In this document: in pieces, positions 40,022-49,920 of the stretch
Position numbering within the stretch: the stretch's first letter is position 1
Layout of the letters: each line of letters begins with the position of its first letter
Assembly: GCA_048013815.1 (NCBI GenBank)
Contig: CM106586.1
Span: forward strand, 11,966,001-12,030,000
Length of the DNA stretch: 64,000 nt
Reading direction: 5' to 3'
DNA from: Setoptus koraiensis
Lineage: Eukaryota; Animalia; Arthropoda
The notes under the pieces: model-generated
The model's database searches: none
What the model was told of the DNA's origin: nothing
The model's input: only the letters and a program-made list of their open reading frames with translations
Made by a program: the position numbers and the translations under genes

Positions 40022-40587
40022 ACGGGCAATGATCCACTATTATCTAGATGACCCAGAAAATGTTACAATAGAACAACAATAATTAATAACAATTGAAGCA
40101 TTTTGTCATTTGGAGGCCTTGAAGTTATGAAAGCCACGGTACGCGTACATACAATTACATACAATACAATCATTCGGCAATGATCTAGAAAACTTTCCAG
40201 TTCCATTTAATTCAAACATTGATAATAATAATAATATCCGTGTGTTCAATAACGTTACATAAGTACAAAACAATACATGTGTAACCTTGATTCAATCTTA
40301 AATGTAATCCGGACAACTCAAACAGTGTCAACTTCAGTTTTCATTGTGACGTGATAAAACTACGCGATTTGACGAAATTAGCTTATGCTGTTGCGCCTTT
40401 GTTATTGTTGTTGTTAGTGGCATCTTAATCTCAATATATGTCTTCTTGTTATTTGATTTTGTTCGTTAATTTTGTTCATGCGTTCTTCAATCTCTAAAAT
40501 ATTCTCTAGCAGGCCATCAGTAGTTATACTAGATAACTAAATAAGATAACAAATAATAAAAATAAAATATATTAATAATAGATTGCA

Positions 40588-41559
40588 TCATGCGGTACTG
40601 AGCGGGGCACATGTAAAAGTGTTGAGTAAATTATTAATTGATTTCAATGTATTTTCATACACAATGTCCTTCATGGCCTCTCGTAATTCTTTTCCAGATG
40701 GACCGTTGTATAACTCCTCTACTTTTTCGCTGAGATAAACAGGCTCGGGAGGCTCGTAAATAAAGGGCTTGCGTGATGGCTTGGGTCTGAGCCTTCTGGG
40801 TGGTTTCTTTTTTGATTTTTCTCCGTCAGTTTGTTCGTGCTCACCATCAACTGGTGCAGATTTGTTGCTTTCTACTGTATTGCCATTATTGGCACGACTC
40901 AATGCTCTCCTCATCTTCCTGCTGAGTGGCACTGGTGCTGGCTCCTCATTAGACTTCTCGGTATCACCTTTGACAGCAACATCAACTGTCACAGATCTAT
41001 TCTCCTGGGCCGGGTTGTCATCATTATTCCTATTGGTGAGATCAATTGATTTCTTGGACCTTTCTCGTGTTCGAGAGTTCACGGAGATTCTAGTTTCTCC
41101 GTTAGTTTCTTGCAACAAGCCCGCTTTTTGATCTTCTCTCCCATTTCCAGCATGCTCGTCCTTTGATTCCGTTGCTGAATTGTTGCCTAAGTTGCTTATG
41201 GCAAGATCATTTGCTTCCTCTTTTCTCTTTCTCCAATTGGCGGGCTTTGTAAGCCTCCTTCCCCGTCTTCGATTTCTACGCTTTCCCTTTTTTGAATCTA
41301 TTGGTTCTGCATCTGATCCTAGTTGTTCCATTATTTGTTTTGGACGTCTCTTTGGCGCTCTTCGATTTTTACGCTTGGTACTTTTTGGTACTTGCTCTAT
41401 CGGTTCTCCGCGTGGTTTTGACGGGTAAATTATTAATTCGTATCTTTTTCCACTTGGACTTATACGTGGTACGTTTGTGTGCCTCTTTGCCCCTCTTCGA
41501 GTTTTACGCTTTGCCTTTTTTGAATCTATTGGTTCTGCATCTGATCCTAGTTGTTCCAT
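40588..41559 (-). CDS. hypothetical Lys/Arg-rich protein, 323 aa, with an internal duplication
   Basis: Long ATG-initiated non-microsatellite ORF; MEQLGSDAEPIDSKK occurs twice. A possible extra 3' exon at 40505-40414 encodes NILEIEERMNKINEQNQITRRHILRLRCH*. Confidence 0.75.
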   Translation of the reverse strand: MEQLGSDAEPIDSKKAKRKTRRGAKRHTNVPRISPSGKRYELIIYPSKPRGEPIEQVPKSTKRKNRRAPKRRPKQIMEQLGSDAEPIDSKKGKRRNRRRGRRLTKPANWRKRKEEANDLAISNLGNNSATESKDEHAGNGREDQKAGLLQETNGETRISVNSRTRERSKKSIDLTNRNNDDNPAQENRSVTVDVAVKGDTEKSNEEPAPVPLSRKMRRALSRANNGNTVESNKSAPVDGEHEQTDGEKSKKKPPRRLRPKPSRKPFIYEPPEPVYLSEKVEELYNGPSGKELREAMKDIVYENTLKSINNLLNTFTCAPLSTA

Positions 41560-41877
41560 TATTTGTTCACAATTAATAAATCACACACCACGACAATCCT
41601 ATCAGATCGAGATTGGAGATGTAATAATCTGAGGTCGTTGACAGAATTGATCCGATCGCAGATACATTTTTGCTGCTGTATCTCGCCTGGTCCACCTTTG
41701 ATTTTCGAGAGTTTTAATTTTCAGCTGGCCGCGAGAAAAAAAAATCAAGAGTCGATGGCGCCATCTAGTGAAAGCTGACTCATAATATCGGTTGGAAACT
41801 TGCCAGTTGAAACTTTCACCTGCAAAGGGTCCGATTGATGGTTTGCGGTACAAATAAACGACCAAATATTGTTATGA

Positions 41878-42366
41878 ATGCGAAAAATTGAGTGGCTGGA
41901 TGAGCCAAAGAGCTGAAATCTGTCGAAGAGACACCGAAATAAGGTTGAAAAAGCGCTCAAAATTGCCAAATCGCAGGTTGAGAATGCCGAATTGCAGGTT
42001 GAGAATGAGCCCAGCTCTCAGCTGCAAAGAGCAGTTTCGTCTGGCCGGAGTTCTAGAGCTAGGACCGCTATTAGTGAGATAGACTGGCCTCATTCTGAGC
42101 CGCGCAGTCAGCTGAGTCGTCTGAGAAAAGATACATTTCTTGCGAAACGAAATATCTCGGCGCCAATCAACTGTTTGATTGCCTTAGAGATAGAATCTGT
42201 CCTCACAAACGCCATCGTGGAAATTGAGAGGATAATTGCATTAAGACAGTTGTATATAGAACGTGACCATTTGATTCGACGAAAAAACGATTTGTCAGCT
42301 CAGGTGTTGCTCATTCTTCACATCAAAAGTTGCATTCGTGCAACCTCAGTGAATTCGGCCTTTTAG
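41878..42366 (+). pseudogene. possible disrupted or read-through ORF (ATG 41878, in-frame TGA 41914-41916, TAG 42364-42366)
   Basis: 149 open codons with no Met follow the TGA and have a helical, protein-like composition. No homology recognised. Confidence 0.25.
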
Positions 42367-42515
42367 TTGGGACATATTGGGATCGATAACATGGAAAAAG
42401 AAATAACCAATTATAGCTGCGATTGTATTGTTTGTATAATAGTGCTACATGGATATCCGCATATCCGTCTTATTGGTCGATCGAGGGACAGCGCCCGTCA
42501 TTGTTGTGGCTCTCT

Positions 42516-44871
42516 TCAGAACAGACCTCTACCATCAGCCACTGCCTGAGCTCTGGCCATGGCCCCATTGACGTTTTGATTGTGTTTTCTCATTAGGCGC
42601 TCATGCATCTTTCTCTGTCTTTTTGCCATCTTGGACATAACTTTGTTGTGTTTGGCGCGCATTTTCTCTATTTTAGACCTATGCCGTCCGTGCAAGCCAG
42701 CATGCCGATTAAATGGAGCGGATCCATCAATTGGGTACACGTTCGATGTGATTTCGCCGTCCCGATTTGAGAAATGTTCACGAACCCATTGGCCGTCCGG
42801 CCGTAAGTAGCTACGATCGCTAACAACGTGACTCCTTCCAATGCCATCGGGCCCAAAAGTGCTACTACTGGCCATTGAAGACGCGCCAGGCATTTGATTT
42901 CCGGCGACGGCGGTTGCAGCAGCATGCGGGGGCAAATCATTGTAGGGATCAACGTTGTAGGGATCGTAGAAGTTGTTGGCCATGTCATCGTACGGATAGT
43001 CATCTTCATACTCGTCAGAGGGATCGTCGTATCTCGGATAGGCTGCTTTTTGATGTTTTGGCATCATGAGTGAGTTTCATCGTTGATTACGAAATTGAGA
43101 ATATGATAGAACAAGGAAAAAAAATCAAAAAATCAGAAATGGGCCCCAATCAGAGTGTTATAGAGGGCTCAATTGAAACAAACACATTACCCGTTTCAGG
43201 ATATCTGTGATAATGGTATCGTGCACGCCTCTGACCTGGTTGATTTCTGTCGTGGGGCCCGTCATCAAAATCGTCGAATGGTGCTCGCGGCGGCCACTGA
43301 TTCAACGAATCAAGAGCTCTCTTTGCCATGTCAACGGCCGGATTGAAACCATGATGCATGGGGGGAACGTCGTCTTGAGGATCGTCATAATCACTGTCAG
43401 AGTCGCTGTCAGTGTCACTGTCTGAATCGCTGTAAAATTGTTGCTGTTGCTGATGATTGGATTGATAGTGTTGTTGATGACTGTTGTTTCTACTGAAACT
43501 TCGCAGCTTCCGGTGCGTCAACCCGTTTCCATTACCGTAAACGGAACTCTTTGATTCTTGATGTTCCTCTTGGTGGGCCTCGTGATAATTGTTTGGGTCA
43601 ACATTGTCATTGATAGTTGAGCTAGATTTGTGTCTAGACTTATCATGATGAACGCCGCCCTGGTCGTCTTGCCAAACGTCTTCGTCGTGCTTCAATCTGT
43701 TCAATGTTGGCCCGTTTGGGTCCGAATGATCGACCCATTCTTCTTCGTAGTGTTGCCCATCATTCGGCTCGTCATAATAGTCATCTGAATCCTCATACGG
43801 CTCAGGCTGTTCATTGGCATCGGGGCCCTCTGCTGGTCCCTCATAAGGCGCCCTGTGGCCCGGACTGGACCGTGAAAAAGGTACCTCATTGAGACCGTTA
43901 CCGGCGCTCAACGCGGGATCTGCATGATCCCGCGGAATGGGTCCTGGTGGCCCCTGTTTCTGGTCGCGATATAAATTTTCGTTGTTATCATCGTCGTATA
44001 ATTCATCGGCGTACTCGGGCTCGTATTGTGGCGCATCGCCTACCAGCAATCCGTCGTCGTCGTACTCTAAGCCGTCGTCATCCAACGGTCTCTCTACACT
44101 CATATATTCTTCTTCTTCCGGATCTAGCTCTGCATCATCGACTCTGTGTAGCTCATCATCATCGTCGTTATCGTCCACATAATGGCCATTTTCTTGCCTA
44201 TAATTGCCCGGATAATGAGCCTCGGGTAGTTCATTGTGATTGTTGGCACCTCTCATCATTTGCTCATTATTTGGTGCACTGTTTGGCGCATTATTTGGTG
44301 CAATGCCGGCTCTCGGATTATTGGGCTCATTGACAGCCGTTGCCGGATCCAGTGGATCGTGTTGATCGCGGTCGTACTGGTCAAGGTGATCGAAACCACC
44401 GTGATCGTCGCCCAAATTTCTATCATGTTCAGCAGATCCGATGGACGACGAGCCAATGACGTTTTTGTTGATTGCGGGCCCATTAGAGGCGCTGCCTATG
44501 GGGCCGCGTTTAGTTACTTCGTCGGGCACCGTCGCACCGTCTGCAACTGGCTTGTTATTTTTCGGCTCGACCTCTCCCTCAGCCTTGACAGCTTTATCCG
44601 CCGTCTGGTTGGGATCTTCGACATCGATAGACTCTACTCCGGCTTGCACCACCTTCACCGGATCAACGCCGCTATCTTGATGCTCTTTCAGCAGCTCGAT
44701 GGCCTCCTCTAGTTTTTGTTCTCCCTTTTCGACGGGCACGCTGCCACCATTATCGTCTTTGCTGTTGATCTCTGCGCCAGCACAATTATCCAAATTACAA
44801 CAAGCTATTAGTACAATAATCTGTGCAATGGAATACAGAACCAGAATTAATTTATTACGATGCTGCCGCAT
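42516..44871 (-). CDS. secreted acidic D/E/P/Y/H-rich orphan protein; probably join(44871..43191,43042..42516), ~735 aa
   Basis: The ORF-track start at 44898 is TTG, so the first ATG is 44871. The signal-peptide-like start is MRQHRNKLILVLYSIAQIIVLIACCNLDNCAG. A phase-1 GTAATG...AAGCAG intron (43190-43043, 148 nt) joins the 573-aa and 183-aa ORFs in frame (ETAYPRYDD). Coding status is confident; the join is inferred. Confidence 0.75.
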
Positions 44872-45538
44872 GATTGATATCTTATTAGTTAGCAACAATA
44901 ATCATTAGGGCAACGAATAACATTGTCAGTGTGTGTGTGTGAATATTGTTTGTATGCAACTTTAGTCGACAGTCTGGGGATTTTATTCATTTCTCTCATT
45001 CATACTCTGTGTTCGGGTGAGACCCTTGGTGAGATATTGGTGCCAGTAGCAACGAGCTCAACTCACAGGCTATTTATATCGCAAGCAGCAGTGAGAGAAC
45101 GTCACTAGTTGCCATTGGATTGGTGGCTTCTTAATATATCCACAAACAAACGGGGCTATTAATAGACAGCAATCAAGCACTTAGAGCAGTACAGGTAGCA
45201 AATTGCATTTTGATGGCTCGCAATGAGATGAGTTTTTCGCGAAAAACTCTAACCGTGAGCGTGATCGCAATGCAAAACAAAGGCACAATAGACCCTACAA
45301 CCTTGTTAGAATCTAAGGCACTCGCCAGAGCGACTGCATTAATTGCAACAATCAAGCCCCTCGAGCCCGTCGGAGATTATGAGCGATGGATTTGTAATGA
45401 TTTCTCGCTCAAATCTGTTGCAGCAACAGATTGACACCAGCCGTCAAAAACAATTCTCGGCTCGGCATTCACTATCGATGTTGCCAGCAGACGCGAATGG
45501 CTCTCAACTGGCTCGCATGCCAGTGGATTTATTCAGAC

Positions 45539-45674
45539 TAGCAATTCTATCGGAATAACAATTTTATCAGACTAACAATTTTATCGGAATAACAATTTTA
45601 TGAGAGTGACTGTTTAATCGGAGTAACAGTTTCATCAGAGTAACTGTCTCGTCGGAGTAACCGTTTCATCGGAA
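45539..45674. repeat. degenerate 17-nt minisatellite TAACAATTTTATCGGAA
   Basis: 8 exactly phased copies with progressive divergence. Confidence 0.88.
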
Positions 45675-46333
45675 TATCCGAAAGGCACGAAAGAAGCCAA
45701 ACGAGATGGGCTAGACGAAGAGCAAATGCAACAGGTTAGTGTGGTGCCGATTAGGCAGTGGTAGAGGTAGCTGGAGTGGAGCCATTAGACGGCATTATTA
45801 CTGTAATACTTGTTAGGTAAGTCTGGCTAGCTGCTGGCGAAAAAATAATGAGACGAGCAAACAACTACTGTACTGCTATATAACGACTGCACGATAACGA
45901 TATATAAAAATAAATATCCGACAAACAGTGCAAACACTTGCGAATGCAACCATAGTGCTTTGACCGGCCCTCGTATCGCCTAGCCGGACCGCATCACAGC
46001 AAACAAGTGGAAGCAAGTTTTAGCTAGAAGCGACCTTGAACCTGAATTATCATCTGTGCATTATCAGTTGATCATCCTCTTGATTAGACGCCTGAGAGAG
46101 GCACCAAAATAATGGATTGTTTATGCCATTATTGCCAGCGTCGTCACTATTGAAACATTGTTAGTCATTAACGTTAGTTGTGTCGTCACAAGAACGTTTT
46201 TTGTTTCATAGCAACCGCGCTGATGTTAACGCTGAGCAATACAGCGTTAACTCAATGGCAAGCTCAATTAATTAATTGTGTAAACAAGTGCTTGCAGCAA
46301 CCTGCAAATAATGATAATACATGTAATAGACTC

Positions 46334-46410
46334 GATAAATATATTCTTTTCTCTCTCTTCTCTCTCGAAAGATCCTTCTCGAGACAGGGAGAGAAAAGAA
46401 TACATTTATT
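46334..46410. other. long imperfect inverted repeat (hairpin-forming)
   Basis: 46335-46358 pairs with 46386-46409 (1 mismatch, 1 G-U). There is an inner TCTCGA/TCGAGA plus AAG/CTT stem and a 3-nt loop. Confidence 0.7.
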
Positions 46411-47698
46411 CTGCATTTATTTTGTTCGTTGCGATTCGCCACTCACTTCCGTCTTACTCAAAGCACGCCTTACCTGTCTCGGAAACGAAAAAAAGCCAAA
46501 ACTCATTTGAGGACTTCCGTAGCGAGATGAAAATAAGTTCTTTTCTCTCGAAGGGGAAAACTCAATGGGATTAGCACCTAACAACGTGACGGTCGGTCCA
46601 GTGCCGACAAACAGCAACTAAACAACAATGAGCAAACAGCGAATGAACAACGACAAACAAACGGCCAACGAACAGCGAATGAACAACGACAAACAAACGG
46701 CCAACGAACAACGAATAAACAAACAGCAATAAACATCGCAACAGGTGTATTATATAATATTATGAATGATCACAGTTTGTGATGCGTTCTTTTTGCCGCG
46801 TATTAATACTTATTAATGATGTAATACTGTGTGTGTGTTATCACCTGTAATAGATTTGGCAAAGAAGAAAAACAAATTCCGGTTCGAGGCTTGATCTGGC
46901 AATGGTTCAATGTATCACTGCAATAATAATAATAACAATGTGTAATAACGATAATACTGCAAAAGAATCAATTTGGCCCCTGGCGGATCTTTTAGTGGCC
47001 GCTCTCTGTCCGAATGTCAGCACCAATTGTGACCGTTAGCCGCCGTTATCGATTGGCGACAGGTAACAACAATTGAATGTAATTTTCACTTTGGAACAAT
47101 GCCCACCCAAACCAAGTGACGATGAGATCGGTGTTAGTTAATTTGTTAGAAACAATAGTAGTATTCATCTTCCCAATTTGCTGTGTTAGTGTTTTCTGAC
47201 CTGTGTGAGTGGTTGTGATTGTTATGCATGCATAAATGATGATGGTGAGATATATCAAGAGAGAAATCAAAAGAATCTAACAACATTGTAACTGACAATT
47301 GCACTGCACCACATTACGCAATCGCTATCGCACAATCTCACACATTGTCAGACGGGGGGATAATTGAGACAAATGACGTAATACGAATAATCAATTAATT
47401 CATTGTCATTGTACAGCTAATAAACACAACGGGCCCTGCGCGCGATCACTTTGTTTATCTCTCGAATCGAGTTTGGCATCTGTAAAACAATCTCTGTTGT
47501 CTTTTTCTTTCTCTAAAATTTCTGTCTCTATTTACATTTGCAGTTGCCGTTATCTGTCAATTTGTATGATCTGTGGCAATGTACAGTCAAAATATACACA
47601 CAAAACAATAGTAGTAGTAGTAGTAGTAGTTAACATTATTCTTTTCCATTCTTTCTTTTAACAAACAAAAAACCTAACCTCGTCTCGTATCAAGATTT

Positions 47699-48559
47699 TT
47701 ACCTGTGTTTTATGTTGGCCTCAACGCCCTGTATGTGCGCCGGCTTGCCCCATGTCGACGCAAACAATTGCGCCTCGCTGGCCAACGATTGATCAAACGG
47801 ATACGATCTAGCGCCATTGACCATGGCCTTCATGGCACTAATAGTATTTGGTGTGCCAATTGTGTGTTTAGCCAGATAATCCATGGCTTTAGCCACTATT
47901 GCGTCATGATCTTGTTCATCACAATCGTCGATAATGAAATTACATAAGCCCATTTGAAGGGCCTCTTGAGCGCCCACTGTTCTGGCGCTACTAATCATTT
48001 CTAGGGCTCTAGAATGTCCCACTAATTGCACTAAACGCGTTCCGCCGCCCCAACCGGGCGATACGCCCACGCGCATATGAACAAATCCAATTTTGGCCGA
48101 TTTTGTCATAACTCTCAAATCTGTTGCAGTGCACAATTCCGATCCGCCGCCTAATGCGCCGCCCTGAATTAATGCCAAACTGACCATTGGCAACGATTGT
48201 AATTTTGCCATATTATATTGCATAACTTTGGCCACTTTGTAGCCGTCCTCATAATTGGCCGTCTGCCTCACTGTTGTCAGATCACTGCCCGAACAAAAGA
48301 AGCCATTCTTACCATAAATGAGTACTCCTTTGCCCTGCTCCCAAGCCGCTAGCTTGTCTAGGGTATCTGTTAGTTCGCAGATCATTTTGCCCGAAAGTGC
48401 ATTCTTTGCGGCGCTTTCGATGCAAATAATAGCCAAGCCAGTTTTATCGTCCAATGTCAAATTGATGCTTTGGATGTCGTTGTCCTTGGCGTCCAAATTT
48501 CTAATTTGATTGCGTATGTTGTCGATGTGTTCTCGTAGCGGACTAGTAATAGATTGCAT
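47699..48559 (-). CDS. ECHDC1: ethylmalonyl-CoA decarboxylase (enoyl-CoA hydratase/crotonase family), 286 aa
   Basis: Motifs NALSGKM, WEQGKGVLIYG, FCSGSDL, ALIQGGALGGGSEL, PGWGGGTRLVQLVG and the C-terminal TWGKPAH parallel ECHDC1 rather than other crotonases. Single exon from ATG 48559. Confidence 0.88.
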   Translation of the reverse strand: MQSITSPLREHIDNIRNQIRNLDAKDNDIQSINLTLDDKTGLAIICIESAAKNALSGKMICELTDTLDKLAAWEQGKGVLIYGKNGFFCSGSDLTTVRQTANYEDGYKVAKVMQYNMAKLQSLPMVSLALIQGGALGGGSELCTATDLRVMTKSAKIGFVHMRVGVSPGWGGGTRLVQLVGHSRALEMISSARTVGAQEALQMGLCNFIIDDCDEQDHDAIVAKAMDYLAKHTIGTPNTISAMKAMVNGARSYPFDQSLASEAQLFASTWGKPAHIQGVEANIKHR

Positions 48560-48849
48560 CCTGGCTTGGCTATCTGCTTCAACAAATCTGTAATTGTAAT
48601 GTTCCAGTTTTCTGGCCTTTGTCTCCCTCTCTTAAGTGTGATTTATGTTTTGTGTGATTTATTGCGCTTTATGCTAATTTCAATTTGTCGTTCGATTTGT
48701 CATTCGATTTGTCATTTGATGTCGCTTGCTGTTGCATGCAAATTCGCACTGGTGTTACGATGAATTCTGTTTTCGTAATTATTATGTAATTGTGTGTTCG
48801 TGTCGCCACTGTGTCAATTGGCAGGCAGTTAATTGATTAATGCTTGTAG

Positions 48850-49212
48850 CTAACGAAATAAGCTCGATAGCCCACTATCTCTATTTATAACAACAAACAA
48901 AAAGTAATATAACGTAACAAATGGAGCACCGAAATGAATAGCTAGCGAGGGCCAGTGTCCGCGTTGAGTTGTAAGTCTTAGCTTAGTGATTAATACAATA
49001 AGTTGATGATTTTGAGATGATTTGGGTGGTCCTATCAGATTCAAGATAGCATTTGTTGGTCGCGGCGTATTGTCTCCATTTATCTTGCTTGTTGAGCAGC
49101 ATCTAATTGTTATTGTTTCTCTCTTGTTATTATTATCTAATTCCTCTATGTTAATATCAGTGATTGTTGTCGTTGTCGTTGTATTGCAATGTCTTGACGA
49201 TATTTCTGCCAT
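48850..49212 (-). CDS. possible 120-aa orphan ORF or upstream exon of ECHDC1
   Basis: AAAGATGG start context, non-repetitive sequence and a hydrophobic C-terminal segment. No family recognised. Confidence 0.3.
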   Translation of the reverse strand: MAEISSRHCNTTTTTTITDINIEELDNNNKRETITIRCCSTSKINGDNTPRPTNAILNLIGPPKSSQNHQLIVLITKLRLTTQRGHWPSLAIHFGAPFVTLYYFLFVVINRDSGLSSLFR

Positions 49213-49744
49213 CTTTATGCTGGTGTTTGCTTATGTGATGTTGCTAATAGGAAATAAAGTGCCATAATTTACGGCCACAAACACACATATGCACATTCAC
49301 ATATATATATATATACATATATATATTGTTGTACCTAATATAAATGGATATACATAGATATTATATCGATGTATATATATAAATATATGTATATGTTACA
49401 TATACATATATTATATATTAGATTTAAAGCGATAAATGTTGTAATAAATAATAAATAGCGAATAACATAACAAAGATCAGCGAGCTCTCGCCGATGCTAG
49501 CAGAAAATATCGACAAGATATCATGATTTTCTGACGATTTGTGTGTGACTCTGTGATCAGAACACAAACACTTATCCGGCAACTTGATTCCAACAACGAG
49601 CGAGGGAGAGAGAGAAAAAAATGTTGCTGTTACACTCTTGCTGCTGAAACTAGTCGCTTCTCGCAACTCTGACTATCTATCTATGAAAGAGAGACATCTC
49701 GAGCAAACAAGGAAGTTGATACTTGTCTTTATCTACCCAGCAAC

Positions 49745-49920
49745 TTGCAGCAGCAACAACAACAGCAACAACAGCAACAACAGCAACAACAGCAACAACA
49801 GCAACAACAGCAACAACAGCAACAACAGCAACAACAGCAACAACAACAGCAACAACAACAGCAACAACAGCTACAACTACAGCGCCAACAACTGCAACGG
49901 CAACGGCAACAACGGCAACT
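49745..49920. repeat. (AACAGCAAC)n 9-nt/trinucleotide tract
   Basis: Read directly. Confidence 0.92.

Noticed and set aside
43340-43400. DYDDP as a plant PSY/RaxX sulfopeptide mimic
   Set aside because: The conserved N-x-x-H-x-P part is missing, and DY is expected by chance in this composition.
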